From Ginglymostoma cirratum (lineage: Eukaryota), in contig JAHRHZ010000002.1 of the NCBI GenBank assembly GCA_024137785.1, positions 4,741,258-4,805,257 of the forward strand: DNA of 64,000 bases, in the 5' to 3' direction. The notes under the pieces were generated by a model. That model made no database searches and had not been told where the DNA came from. It saw nothing but the letters and a program-made list of their open reading frames with translations. Positions 1-13,599 of this stretch are shown piece by piece. Positions within the stretch are counted from its first letter, which is position 1. Every line of letters starts with the position of its first letter. Position numbers and translations under genes: made by a program.

Positions 1-403
1 TTTTAGGGCCTAAACTCTCCCATGTCCCAGTCCCCCACCCCACACACCAGGCCTTGTTACTACATAGCCTGCCACTACACACCCCCTCTTGTTAGTCACT
101 AATAGTCTCCATTAACACTTATTCACCCTCCCAGCCTGATCGTTAGCAACTCCTTTGTCTGTCCAATTGTCTTTCTCTCTCTTCAGGCTCTATCCTGTCG
201 TTTACTCCCTACCCCACCCACCTCCCTATTTTCTACGTATAAACTGATGTTTTCCCAGCCACCATCAGTTCTGAGGAAGGGTCACCGGACCCAAAATGTT
301 AACTTTGTTTTCTCCTTCACAGATGCTGCCAGACCTGCTGAGCTTTTTCAGCAACTTTGTTTTTGTTCCTGATTTACAGCATCTGCAGTTCTTTTGGTTT
401 TTA
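1..403 (+). mobile_element. 3' end/pLTR of the second Penelope subfamily
   Basis: C-rich tract, then ctgaggaagggtcaccggacccaaaatgttaac (degenerate hammerhead) and the same tail as 23898-23995. Confidence 0.65.
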
Positions 404-608
404 TTAAACATTGATAATAGTTATATACTTCCTGAGTGTCACGGACACAACAACAGTCAAGACAAAAGCTGGTGGTGAGAAGGTCCCTTTCCCCCACTAA
501 TTTCTCCTGCATGCCCTGATTCTTGCACTGTGTCTGCACATTACCGTAAATCCCCTTAAGGGCAGAGAAGAAAATGTTGTCCACCTCCTTCTGCAATGCC
601 CCCCAAAT

Positions 609-1951
609 GATGAAAATTAGTGTTCCACAAAGACCGGTGCCAGAACCACTATTGTTCATCATTCGCAGCAGTAAAGTAATAGATGTGGTTTATCCAGATG
701 TTCAAAACGGCTTTGAAAATGGGCCGGAAATTAGTCTCATAATACATAATGTCAGAGCATGGGAGACAAATGGCAGGATGGAAGGCCCACTGACTTCACG
801 AAAGCAGGAGTCAAGAGTAAGAAGTAATGGGAACGAGTAAAGGGAAGAAATATAACCAGAGGCCATCAATATAAGATAGTTACCGAGAAACCATAAGTTC
901 AGAGGTAACTACTTTATTAAAAGAGTGGTGAGAATGCAGAACGTGCTACTACGTAGTGTCGAACATTTATACAGCATGGAAACAAGTCCTTCAGAATTTA
1001 CAGATGCATTTAAAGGGGAAACAGCCTTCCAGTCCTTCCAGCCTTCCAGTAGGCTGGAAAGTGATGTCAGTGTTCATCCTGATCACCTCTAGGATTCAGG
1101 ACTCTGCTTCACTGGATGATCCCAGGCTAGTCTTCCAGGGCAAACATGTGATCCCAATCGGCTGTTGGAGGCTGGCACATTTCCCTCGTTCAAGACCGTG
1201 CGCTAAAACCTGTGCCGCTGTTGCAAAAGGTGGAATAAGGAACAGGCTGAACAGTCATTGTACACCAAGGGTCTGGAAATGAGGGAAACCACTCAGGCTG
1301 TGTGTTTGACACCATATGAAATTTGTAGAGATAAATAGTAATTGTAAACATAGTCAGTGACATAGAGTTTTATAATAAATTGATATGGTTTGCAGCTTAT
1401 GTAATGTCAACTTTAAAAAGCCGTGTGATGCACTTTAAGACCAAGGTAATATTTACGCTTCACCTGAGCCTCCTACCTTGTTTTATCAAAACCTATCATC
1501 CTACTATCTCTCATCACAGCAATCTATTACCTTCTCCACCTCAAGTTTTCCCTTTAAATGCATCTGTAAATTCTGAAGGACTTGTTTCCATGCTGTATAA
1601 ATGTACGACACTACGTAGTAGCACGTTCCACACTCTCACTAGTCTTTTAGTAAAGTAGTTACTTCTGAACTTATGATTTCTCAGTAACTATCTTATGTTG
1701 ATGGCCTCTGGTTATATTTCTTCCCTTTACTCGTTCCCTCTACTTCTTACTCTCAACTTCTGCTTTCTTGAAGTCAGTGGGTCATCCATCCTGCCATTTG
1801 TCTCCCATGCTCTGACATTATGTATTATGAGACAATTATGTGGCCCATTTTCAAAGCCGTTTTGAACATCTGGATAAACCACATCTATTACTTTACTGCT
1901 GCGAATAATAGTGGTTCTGGCACCGGTCTTTGTGGAACACTTATTTTCATC
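609..1951. repeat. Inverted duplication: arms ~609-1022 and ~1545-1951, ~520-bp spacer
   Basis: The arms are near-identical reverse complements, also visible as the near-identical ORFs 574-840(+) and 1727-1960(-). Confidence 0.9.
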
Positions 1952-2160
1952 AATTGACAATCTAAATGTCTACAATTTTTGTTTTCTGTTTTGCAGTTAG
2001 CTTACTACCCATTCAGCTATTTGTCTCCCATTTCTATATTCTGAACCTTGATCCATGTGCTATACTTTATCTATGATGTTTTAAAGTTTCAAATATATTG
2101 ACTTGATTTTAACTCGCTTGAACCTACTGTACAAAGTTAAAATCAGGCCCATTGTCAACC

Positions 2161-2256
2161 TTTCTGAAGAAGGGTCTAGGCCCAAAACGTCAGCTTTCCT
2201 GCTCCTCTGATGCTGCTTGGCCTGCTGTGTTCATCCAGCTCTACACCTTGTTATCC
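2161..2256 (+). mobile_element. Solo Penelope pLTR (core with GAAA changed to AAAA)
   Basis: ctgaagaagggtctaggcccaaaacgtc...ccttgttatc. Confidence 0.78.
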
Positions 2257-3599
2257 CATTGTCAACTGGTGTGCCCTTACCTTCCTTTTCTATTACTTTC
2301 TTAAAATTATGGAAGTGTGGTAAAGCAAGATCTTCCATTTTGAAATCAGTGCAGAGAACTCTGTTATGTTTTCAGTTTCTAGCTGTTTTCCTGATTATCC
2401 CATTCCCCAACAGATCCTGCTTTCACCAGTAGTGGAATGGGTATGGGACATGGCTCAAGTAAAGTCCTATCCTGGCCAATCTCTCCCTATAACTCAGGCC
2501 TACCTGTCCTGGCAACATCTTCATAAATCTTCATTGCACACTTTCCAGTTTAACTGTGTCTTTCTTATAAAAGGATGACCAAAACTGTACACAATATTCC
2601 AAGTACATCCTCACCTACCGTTTATACAACTAACATAACATCCCAACTCCTATGCTCAATGCTTCAACCGATGAAGGCAAGCATGCTAAATGCCTTCTTC
2701 ACCAACCTGTCCACCTATGACGCCCCTTTCAACAAACTATGAACTTCTGCTCCTAGGTCCCTCTGTTCCATCACACTCCTCAGGACCTTACCATTTACTG
2801 TATAAATCCTACCTCGGTTTGACTTTCCAAAATGCAACACTTCACGCTTATTTGTATTGAATTGCATTTGCCAATCCTCAGCCCACTTCCCCACCTGATC
2901 AAGCTCCCTCTGTAATTTTTGATAATCTTACTCGCTATCAACGACACCTCCTAATTTTGTATCATCCGCAAACTTACTAATCACGCCTTGTGCATTTGCA
3001 TCCAGATCATTTGGGTAAATAACAAATAACAAAGGTCACAGCACTGGCCCATGTGGCACGGACATCTACGTCGCAGCAAAAGGCCCTTCAGCCGATTGGG
3101 TCAAAAACAACCAACGAACTATTTTAATCCCATTTTCCAACACCATGCAGGTTATTGCCTTTACCACTTTTATAGACAGTGAGTCCCAGACGCCCACTAT
3201 GGTTGGGATGAAAAATGTTTTCCTCACATACCCAATACACCTCCAGCACCCTACCTTAAATCGATGTCCTTGGTCATTGATCCCTCCATCATGGAGACAA
3301 GTTTATTTCTGACATGTCAGGGGGTGATGCTTGGATTGTCTTATTGGAGATGGTCATTGGTTGCCATTTATGTGCGCAAGGGTTACTTGTCACTTGTCAG
3401 CCCAAGCCGAAATATTGTCCAGGTCTTGCTGCATTTCAGCCGAGACTTTTTCAGCATCTGAGGAATCCTGAATAGTGCTGTGCATTGTACAATCATCGGT
3501 GAACATCCCCACTTATGACCTTATGATGGAGGGAAGCATATGATGAAGCAGCTGGGAATGATTGGGCCCAGAAAACCTTCCTGAGGAACTCCTGCAGAG

Positions 3600-5664
3600 T
3601 TAATAGGAACTGTAGATGCTGGAGATACCGAGATAACAAGGTGTAGAGCTGGATGAACACAGCAGGCCAAGCAGCATCAGAGGAGCAGGAAAGCTTGACG
3701 TTTTGGGCCTACACCTTTCATCAGAAATGGGGGAGGGGAGGAGGGTTCTGAAATAAACAGGGAGAGAGGGGGAGGTGGATAGAAGATGCATAGAGGAGAA
3801 GATAGGTGGAGAGGAGACAGACAAGTCAAAGAGGTGGGGATGGAGCCAGTAAAGGTGAGTGTAGGTGGGGAGGTAGGGAGAAGATAGGTCAGTCCAGGGA
3901 GGACGGACAGGTCAAGGGGGCGGGATGATTGTAGTAGATAGGAGATGGGGGTGGGGCTTGAGGTGGGAGGAGGGGACAGGTGAGAGGAAGAACAGGTTAG
4001 GGAGGTGGAGATGAGCTGGGCTGGTTTTGGGTTGCGATAGCGGGAGGGGAGATTTTGAAGCTTGTGAAATCCACATTGATACCATTGGGCTGCAGGGTTC
4101 CCAGGCTGAATAGGATTTGCTGTTCCTGCAGCCTTCGGGTGGCATCGTTGTGGCACTGCAGGAGGCCCAGGATGGACATGTCGTCTAAGGAATGGAAGGG
4201 GGAGTTGAAATAGTTTGCGACTGGGAGGTGCAGTTGTTTATTGCGAACCGAGCGCAGGTGTTCTGCAAAGCGGTCCCCAAGCCTCCGCTTGATTTCCCCG
4301 ATGTAGAGGAGGCCACAACGGGTACAGCGGATGCAGTATACCACATTGGCAGATGTGCAGGTGAACATCTGCTTGATGTGGAAAGTCTTCTTGGGGCCTG
4401 GGATTGGGGTGAGGGAGGAGGTGTAGGGGCAGGTGTAGCACTTCCTGCGGTTGCAGGGAAAAGTGCCGGGTGTGGTGGGGCTGGAGGGGAGTGTGGAGCA
4501 GACAAGGGAGTCACAGAGAGCGTGGTTCCTCCGGAAAGCCGACAAGGGTGGGGAGGGAAAAATATCTTTGGTGATGGGGTCAGATTGCAGATGGCAGAAG
4601 TGTCAGAGGATGATGGGTTGGATCCGGAGGTTGGTGGGGTGGTACGTGAGGACGAGAGGGAATCTTTTTTGGTTGTAATTGCGGGGACGGGGTGTGAGGG
4701 ATGAGTTGCGGGAAATGCGGGAAACACAGTCGAGGGCGTTCTCAACCACTGCGGGGGGGAGGTTGCGGCTTTTCAAGGACTCCCTTGTCCGCTCCACACG
4801 CCCCTCCAGCCCCACCACACCTGACACTTTTCCCTGCAACCGCAGGAAGTGCTACACCTGCCCCTACACCTCCTCCCTCACCCCAATCCCAGGCCCCAAG
4901 AAGACTTTCCACATCAAGCAGATGTTCACCTGCACATCTGCCAATGTGGTATACTGCATCCGCTGTACCCGTTGTGGCCTCCCCTACATCGGGGAAACCA
5001 AGCGGAGGCTTGGGGACCACTTTGCAGAACACCTGCGCTCAGTTCGCAATAAACAACTGCACCTCCCAGTCGCAAACTATTTCAACTCCCTCTCCCATTC
5101 CTCAGATGACATGTCCATCCTGGGCTTCCTGCAGTGCCACAATGATGCCACCCGAAGGCTGCAGGAACAGCAACTCCTATTCAGCTTGGGAACTCTGCAG
5201 CCCAATGGTATCACTGTGGATTTCACAAGCTTCAAAATTTCCCCTCCCCCTACCGCAACCCAAAACCAGCCCAGCTCATCCCCGCCTCCCTAACCTGTTC
5301 TTCCTCTCACCTATCCCCTCCTCCCACCTCAAGTCGCACCCCCATCTCCTATCTACTACAATCATCCCGCCCCCTTGACCTGTCCGTCCTCCCTGGACTG
5401 ACCTATCCCCTCCCTACCCCCCCACCTCCCCACCTACACTCACCTTTACTGGCTCCATCCCCACCTCTTTGACTTGTCTGCCTCCTCTCCACCTATCCCC
5501 TCCTCTATCCATCTTCTATCCGCCTCCCCGTCTCTCTCTATTTATTTCAGAACCCCCTTCCCCTCCCCCATTTCTGATGAAGTGTCTAGGCCCGAAACGT
5601 TAAGATTTCCTGCTCCTGTGATGCTGCTTGGCCTGCTGTGTTCATCCAGGTCCACACCTTGTTA
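3600..5664. mobile_element. Penelope-like element, inverted bipartite insertion (minus arm ~3600-4768, plus arm ~4770-5664), GIY-YIG endonuclease region
   Basis: Both arms encode CNRRKCYTC...NVVYCIRCTRCGLxYIGE(T/I)KRRLGD(R/H)FAEH...LGTLQPNGI (PLE GIY-YIG). Hammerhead-like cores at 3697-3724(-) and 5574-5602(+). 10-bp TSD tcctgcagag at 3590-3599 and 5665-5674, within an older LINE. Confidence 0.93.
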
Positions 5665-7086
5665 TCCTGCAGAGATATCCTGGAGCTGAGATGACTGACT
5701 TCCATCTTCCATCTTCTTATGCATCAGATATGACTCTAGCCAGTAAAGTGTTTTCCCCAACTCAGTGATGAAATGCTCATTGGGGTTTTTTTCTGGTTTG
5801 TAACTATATCCTGTATGAGTTATAATTACCACAGTTAAGTGACTGGTAATCACTGGTAAATGTTGTATTTACCACAGTTGTTTTATTAGTGTGTTTATAT
5901 ACACTGCTATTTTACTAACTAAATTCCAGTGACATATTGGCTGTAGTTCAGCAACTGGATCCTCGTCATTCAGGTTTATATTGTCAGTGGTTTAGTGACT
6001 TGCTGCTTACATTTGTTATAGTTACTTCACAAAGTCCTCACTATTGTGCTTTATATTTACACTTGTTTAATGATCGGGTTTTATGACCAAAATCTCACTG
6101 GTGTGTGTTATATGTATAATAGTTTAATGATGGGATTCTTTCTGGGATTACGTTTATTGCAGTTTAGAAACTGGATCCTCACAGCTTGTTAAATGTCTAA
6201 CAGCGACTTGACAAATGAGCAGAACACAGGTCAATCTTTAATCAGTTTACTTTTATTCACAACGTGAAACTTCATGGTTCAAGCATTTGTCCTACTCACT
6301 ATCACAGTGCCAGTAAGTGTCTTTTCATAGTTCATGTCAGTCAGAGCTTGAGAAGGTTTCATCCAGAGAATTTCTTAAACAGTGAGAGGTTGGGAAGTGG
6401 TGATGGTCAAAGGGAATGTGTGCCCTTGTTCTGTCTAAATTTTAGCATGCAGGTGCCAAAAGCAATTGGGAAGGCAAATTGAATGCTTGCTTTCATTATG
6501 AGGGCATTTGAATACAGGAGAGAACATGTCCTGCTGCAGTTGGATTGAGCCTTGATGAGACATACGTACAGTGTGCAGTTTGTGTTTACTAGCAGAGAAG
6601 ACTTCAATGATCTGATGTGCCCTGATGCCTCTGCAGTAGTCATAGAGGAGAATTCTATGTTCGGGTCAGTCTGATATTCGATTTTAAGTGACCCTTTCAG
6701 GCAGGGTATATTGTCATAATTGGCATATTGCTTTTAATTCCTTGTCCCTTTATCTCAAGAAACAGTTTATTCCGGAAAGAGTTATTGCTGATTCTTTCAA
6801 TCCATGGACAGCTATTAGTTTTCAGTATCTCACAGGTTCAGGTCTTACCTGCTCCAGAAGTGTGTAGTAACATCTTTGATCACGTTGATTAGACAAAATC
6901 TACATATGAGGTGCAGACTGATGCAGTGCTTGAGGCAGCCAAAAACATCACCTCAGGAATCTGATGGTACAATTATATTTAGACGAAGGAGCACCAACAT
7001 TGATACAGACTGAATGCTCCGCCCCTGAATAGTTGGGTAATAGTGAGGCAATTGGTAAAAGATCTCCAAATTATAAAAAAAAATTT

Positions 7087-7114
7087 CTGAAGAAGGGTCC
7101 AGACCCGAAACGTC
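7087..7114 (+). ncRNA. Minimal hammerhead ribozyme motif in a solo Penelope pLTR (element ~7083-7216)
   Basis: CTGAAGA-agggtccagaccc-GAAAC-GTC: CUGANGA core, stem II gggt/accc, GAAA and GUC cleavage triplet. Stem III is palindromic with no loop. Confidence 0.7.
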
Positions 7115-8364
7115 AGCTTTCCTGCTCCTGTGATGCTGCTTGTCCTGCTGTGTTCATCCAGCCCCACACTTCGTTATCTCAGACTCCATCATCGGCAGTT
7201 CCTACTATTTCTGTATAGAGGATTGCTCCAAACTGTTATTTGTGTGTGATATGAATGCTGACAACTTACGTTACTAAGAACCTGTTTAGTTTTTGATATT
7301 TCCCATACAGATGACCAGTGGATCTAACCACAGCAGGGGTCATCATCTCTGTGGTCATGCAATAACAGAAACACAGAGATACTAATGGGGAGCTGACGCA
7401 CCAGCAAGTTCTGCACCAGCATCAAGCCCCAGGGGCTCCTCCATTTGAAGGAGTCCATTCAGGATGCAGAGGACGGATAGAGCGCCCAGAGTGTATCAGC
7501 TTTTGAACAAGTAGGTGGCGAGTAGCAGGGCTGTGTGGGGGTCCTGAGCTTGTCCGCTCCCGTCTACTTTCTTTCATTTTTTGTCTGTCTTAGCATCTGC
7601 TCTTTTCCTTTGTTCTTTTTGTCTTGCTTACTTGAAAGCCTTTTGTGGCAGGTTAATTGGTGGCACTGGCACAGCAGCGAGAGTGGACAGCGTGCAGAAT
7701 GGCAGCGGCCTCCTGGCAGTCAGATGCTGCAGTGGCTCCTCCTGGCGAATGGAGGTTGCAGCTACAGGAAGGACGTCCTCCCGGCATTCAGGGTCAACGG
7801 TGGCAAAAACGCCTCTAGCGGTCGGAGGTGGCTTCAGCGGCGGCAAGAACCTGGCTGCCCCTGGCGATCAATGCAAGACTCACAGGCTGACCAAGTCTTT
7901 AGGCTTTGGCTAGGCCCGGGTGCCTGCATTGGCAGTTCCAAATATCTTAGTGGAGACAAGACTTTAATATCTGGATGTTTTTCTTACCTCTTGGTTTCCT
8001 TTTATTTCTGCTGTTGTCTTTTTAATATTCTGGTTTTGTAACCAAGATGGTATCGGAGAATAGTGACTTTGCACACTTTTCACTGTATTCATGTATTCCT
8101 ATAGTTGAGTACGTGTGGCAGAAAAAATCTAATTCTAAGTCTAATTTTAAAAAAGAATTCCTGCAGATGGGCCAGGCACCTTACCATCTCAGGCTAAGGA
8201 TGGCCGAGGATTTAGAAGCAGAACAATGCCATCTGCTGTAGCAGACCTACAACCAGAAGGGCTGGATGACCACCCGGGTGACCACTGTGGTGAATGTTTA
8301 TGCAATTGGCTCCTTCCAAGGATCCACTGAAGACTTTTGCTGGATCTATCAATCATTAATTACT

Positions 8365-8915
8365 GTGTGCATTTCTGGTCTTCCTGCTATAAGAAGGATG
8401 TTGTGAAACTCGAAAGGGTTCAGAAAAGATTTACAAGGATGTTGCCAGGGTCGGCGGCGGGGTTGGGGGGGGTGGTGGTTTAAGCTGGAGGGCAAGGCTG
8501 AATAGGCTGGGATTGTTTTCCCTGAAGCATTGCAGGCTGAGGGGTGACCTTATAGAGGTTTATAAAATCATGAGGGGCATGGATAGGTAAATATACAAGG
8601 TCTTTTTCCATGGGAGTGGGGGAGTCAAAAACTAGAGATCATAGTTTTAAGATGGGAGGGGAAGGATTTAAAAGGGACCTAAGGGGCAAAGTTTTCATGC
8701 AGGCTGGTGTGTGTATAGAATGAGCTGCCAGAGGAAGTGGTGGAGGCTGGTACAATTACAACATTCAAAAGGCATCAGGATGGGTACATGAATAGGAAGG
8801 GTTTAGAGGGATGTGGGCCAAATGCTGGCATATGAGACTAGGTTTATCTAAGATATCTAGTCAGCATGGACGAGTTGGACTGAAGGGTCTGTTTCTGTAC
8901 TGTTACATCTCTATG
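8365..8915 (+). mobile_element. CR1 LINE 3' fragment
   Basis: [11 protein letters not shown]...RLRGDLIEVYKIMRG...TR-H..K..G pattern followed by the 3' UTR. Confidence 0.85.
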
Positions 8916-9353
8916 ACGGTAATATATCAAGGCTGTTGACTTTGAAGTTTGTGCCAGATCACACTGTTTTATCTTGTTTCCCTGTGACAGTGTCAGTTTT
9001 GCAGCCCAGGCAGTAGGCTTTGCCAACAGAGCTGGCTTCTCCCAGTTGCAGAGTGTGATAGACTGTGCACCTGTTTTGTTAAGAGCACCATATCAAAACA
9101 CAACTGACTTCATCAACAGAAAAGGGCAATGCACCTGTCGTCTGTGATCATCAGTATCTCAACTTAGAAGTCTGCGCTAACTACCCTGGAAGCTTCCAGG
9201 ATGCCATTCTCCTTGAGAATGCTGCTTAAAGGCCAGATGCATTATGAGGATGGTTGCTAGGTGCAAAGGTTACTGTCTGCAACAATGCCTAATGATTCCA
9301 AGGGTAGATGCAATGCAGCCTAGGGTTATCATAGAGTAGACAATTGGCCTCCT

Positions 9354-9680
9354 CAAAGACTCCCTTGTCCGCTCCACACTCCCCTCCAGCCCCACCACAC
9401 CCGGCACTTTTCCCTGGCTTGGGGACCACTTTGCAGAACACCTGCGCTCGGTTCGCAATAAANNNNNNNNNNNNNNNNNNNNNNNNNNNNNNNNNNNNNN
9501 NNNNNNNNNNNNNNNNNNNNNNNNNNNNNNNNNNNNNNNNNNNNNNNNNNNNNNNNNNNNNNTATTTATTTCCCCTCCCCCATTTCTGATGAAGGGTCTA
9601 GGCCCGAAACGTCAAGCTTTCCTGCTCCTATGATGCTGCTTGGCCTGCTGTGTTCATCCAGCCCCACGCCTTGTTATCTC
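9354..9680 (+). mobile_element. Internally deleted Penelope-like element spanning an assembly gap
   Basis: Same family as 3600-5664. TSD tggcctcct at 9345-9353 and 9681-9689. Intact core CTGATGA-agggtctaggccc-GAAACGTC at 9586-9613. Confidence 0.85.
9463..9562. other. Assembly gap (100 N)
   Basis: Run of N. Confidence 1.
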
Positions 9681-9904
9681 TGGCCTCCTGAAGATGTAGC
9701 TCTTGAGCTTGGATGGAGGGAACCTTACAGTCCAGTCCAGACAAAATGTGTCACATAATCCTAGCATACAGTGCTGTGGAGCAAGCAATAATGATGTGAT
9801 GGATGCTGAAGAGCTAGGAAAATGGTATCAGGCTTTCAAGGAAGAAGGTGAGGACACTGTACAGAATGAATCACCTGCAGCATGATAGTGTAGTGCAACA
9901 GTGG

Positions 9905-10265
9905 GCACAACAGGGAAGAGATGGCCTCGTGGTACAATTGCTTGACTGTTAATCCAGACACCAAGGAAATGTACTGAGGATCTGGTTTTGAATCTTGCTA
10001 TGACAGCTGATGGCATTTCAATTCAATTTTTAAAAATAATCTGCAATTAGGAGTTTACTGATGACCACGAATCCCTTAGCGATTGTTGGGAAAATCCCAT
10101 TTGCCTTTTATTGAAGGAAACTACCATCCTTTCCTGGTCTGGTCTGTATATTACTCCAAACTCACAGTAATGTGGTTGACCCTTAACTGCCCTCTGGGCA
10201 ATTAGGAATGGGCAATAAATAGAAGCCAACAATACCCACATCCCATGAATGAATAATAAAAATAA
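9905..10265 (+). mobile_element. SacSINE1/DeuSINE-like tRNA SINE (further copies ~34550-34890 + and ~57230-57560 -)
   Basis: tRNA-like head, shared core ggaaactaccatcctt...ctgg...actcca and tail aattagg.tgggcaataaatg...cacatcccatgaatgaa recur in the window. The family name is from recall, not a search. Confidence 0.55.
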
Positions 10266-13200
10266 AATGTCAGGTAAGATTTAATTTGCACCTGATTCTA
10301 ATGGAATCATTGACTAAATTTTGTTGCTGATTAAAGGTCAGGCAGTCCCGCTCCCACAAGCGGATACAGCTGCTTTTGGTTTTTTTTTGTTCACTTTTGT
10401 TGTTGTTCAATAAAAGTTAATGTTTTCAACCACTTTGAAGCTTTCCGGTATGAGATGCTCCTATAATGAACAATAGCAAGATGTTTTGCAATGCTGGGCA
10501 TTAAGGTAAGAGTAGCATTCCTTTAGACAGGGTTGTAAGATGGCACTGCACTAAGATTGGGTAACCTGTATAGAACTGAAAAGTAACAATTTATTCATGA
10601 ATGTGAACTCGTATTTCCAGTGATTTGTCAACTGTGCCCTCAGAAGCTTTTCCTTTTATTTCCCTCCCACTAGGGACATGGTGAAGGGCCTTTCGTGGCT
10701 GGAAGCAATTGAATGTTAAATATGGCACTAGTAGTGGGCATCGCAGCAGTGGCATGTACTTCCACCACTGACGAACAACAGAGCTGTGGCATACACATAT
10801 TGAGATGAACAGCCTAAATTGCATGAGACAACTCACATGAGCTCACGGAGAGAAACCCTCTGTAAAACTCCACATGAAGCAACAACTGCAGGTGGGAGCG
10901 GAAAAACAGAAAAGTTAATCAAAGAGAATTCTGAAATCAAAATTTTAAAGTTTAAAACTTGGATTCAGGCTTTGCTTAGGTGGATGCTTGTTGCAGCAAA
11001 TTTAAGTACAGGCTAAACTCAAAGACTTACACTGAACCAATGTTGATACACTGTTAGAAAGTTTATAGAGTCATAGAGTCATACAGCGCCGAAACAGACA
11101 CCTGTGTCCCACCAGTCCATGCTGAATATAATCCCAAACTTAACTAGTCCCATCCACCAGCTCCTGGCCCATATCCCTCCAAACATTTCTTATTCATGTA
11201 CATATCTTAGTGTCTTTTAAACGTTGTAACTGTGCCTGTATCCACCACTTTCTCGGGTAGTTCAGGTAGCTAACCACCTTCTGTGCAAAAAAACTTGCCC
11301 CTCATGTCTCTTTTAAATTTCTCTCCTCTCACCCTGAAAATATGCCCCATTGTCTTGAAAATCTGCCATCGTAGGGAAAAACACCTATTACTAGCCCTAT
11401 CTATACTCCTCATAATTTTATAAACCTCTGTAAGGTCACCTGCTAAAATCCAGTGGAAAAAGTCTGACAGATTTCAAGCTAAGTGGCCTGTAGTGTCCTG
11501 CTTTTCATCTCTGAGTTCCATTTGCTATTTTGCAATCTGATAGAACATTTCCTGAATATAGGAAATTAAAAAAAAATTAAAACCAATGCATCAACTATCT
11601 CACTGGCCAACCACCTTATCGAGTCTCTCAGTGCTGCATGCTGTGCCAGGTGGGAGAAAATGATAGCAGGGCTCAACTCCATTCATTCCACTCAGAAGTG
11701 CTGAAGTTTAATTCATCAATACACGTTGACCAAAGTTAGTCACCCTGAAGCAAGTTGCTGGTCATCTCCACCCTGTGATGGCTGGTCAACTTAGATGGTT
11801 AGAGTGTGATGCTAATAATGCCAAGAACATGTGTTCAATCCCTATCCTAGCCAACATCCTGCCATCCTGTAGTGGTGATGTTGATAGACTAACAATCCAG
11901 AGCACCAGGTTAACATTCTGACGAACATGGGTTTGGATCCTGCCAAGGCAGAAATTTGAATTTAACACAAATCTGGAGTTTGTAAAAAAAACTAGTCTAC
12001 TGTTGATCATTGCAAAAAAGGTGTATCAGATTCATTAATGTCCTTTAGGGTCCTAAGGCTGCAGACTGTAATTAAATACATTGAAAATGGTTTTGAAAAG
12101 AACCTGAGGTAAGGCATAGTGTTACTGAACCTTGCAGATATCTATAATATGGTGTGAAACAGTGGTCTACTCCTAAACCTGTCCAGAGTGAATCCAACCA
12201 TTGTTGAGTTTGTTATTGAAACTCTCCTTCATAACTGAGATGACTTAGGGGAAAACTTCGTACAGGGGAGAAGTGCATGGAGAAGACAGGCTCTGACAAG
12301 TACCAGTGAAACTCCAACATAGTTCAACATTCATACAAATGTTCTCCCAACAATCACATCCTGCAAGTACATCTATGCACAAAGCAATGGCCTAGTGGTA
12401 TCATTGCTGGACTTGCTTTGACCAGACCCTTAAAAAAGACATTACAAAGTTGACAGACTCATTAGGAACAAATTTTTTATTTCATTAATTCAAACAAGAA
12501 GTCCAGAACTGCAAATAATACTTAAGGCATGGTATCACAAATCCTCCAGATGATTGCCGTAAGACATCTTTACCCCCATACTCAAATCCTCTTGTAATAT
12601 AAGGCAACGTGCCATTTGCCTTCTTAATTGCTTACTGTATCTTGATATTAACTTACGCTGACTCAAGTCCTTTGATGGATCAACTCATGCCAGCCTCTCT
12701 TCTTTTAAGAAATATCAGTGTTAATGTTTCAGATAAAGGGACTGGCTGTATTGTAACCAAATTTGCTGGTGATACAAAGATAGAGAAAAAAAAACTTCAA
12801 AGGAATAAAGAAAGGTTAAATGTGTGGACAAAGAATGAGATGGGGGAGAAAGAAGCTTGTACAGATGGAGGTTAATGTGGAAGTGTACAGGTTGGTAAGA
12901 AGAATAGAAATGTAGAGTATCATCTAAATATGGAGAGACCGCAGAATGAGGAATAGAAAATAAAAAACAATTATTTCAATGCAGACGGACACTGCAGAAT
13001 GCTATATTGTAGATTGTAGGTATTGAAATGATTTGGAAGACAAATGGAATGCTGCAATTGTTCCAATATGTTGGAATATAAATAAAAGGAAGTCTTATAA
13101 CAATTGTGGAGATGTTGGTGAAACCAAACTGGGAGTACTGTACAATTTTGACCACCTTATTTAAGGACGGATACACTTACATTGGTACAATTCAGAAAAT

Positions 13201-13599
13201 GTTGACTGGGCTGATTCCTGAGATGAAGAGTAGATCTATGAGCTAAGGTAAGGTTTTGAGGTAAATCCATTGAAGTTTAGAAGAATGAGAGATGAACATG
13301 TTGAAACATACAAGATCCTGTGGATCTTGGAATGTCATTTGCTCTTGGGAGTGAATATAGAACTAGGAGACATAGTTTTAAAATAAGAGGCCGATCATTA
13401 TAAGAGGAAGAATTTTTGATTCAGAAAGTTGTTTCTCTGTAGAATTCTCTTCCTCAAAGAGTGCCAAAGGCAGGGTCTTTGAATATTTTTAAGGCTACAT
13501 TAGATAAATTCTCGACTGGAAAGTGAGATCAGCCATTACCTTATCAAACCACAGAGGGGCTCAAATGGCCTACCATTGGTGCGAATTTTTGTGCTTGAA

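Larger units (their letters stand above)
8160..9880 (+). mobile_element. Degenerate PIF/Harbinger transposase relic, interrupted by CR1 (8365-8915) and Penelope (9354-9680)
   Basis: Fragments NVYAIGSFQGSTEDFCWIYQS, AGFSQLQSVIDCA, DFINRKG, YPGSFQD, GWLLG and IGLLKM match HARBI1-type DDE motifs. Many stops and frameshifts. Confidence 0.75.

Noticed and set aside
3677-5378. Many overlapping Pro/Ser-rich or Gly-rich ORFs (also 49442-51140)
   Set aside because: They are alternative-frame and antisense readings of the C-rich Penelope sequence.
7535-8041. 168-aa ORF (and the similar GC-rich ORF 60653-61045) as host genes
   Set aside because: No recognisable domain or splice structure. Both regions end in a similar retroposon-like tail (tttt(c/t)actg...aaatcta repeats), suggesting non-autonomous retroelements.
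8160-9880. Domesticated HARBI1 gene
   Set aside because: Multiple stops, frameshifts and nested TE insertions indicate a dead transposon.
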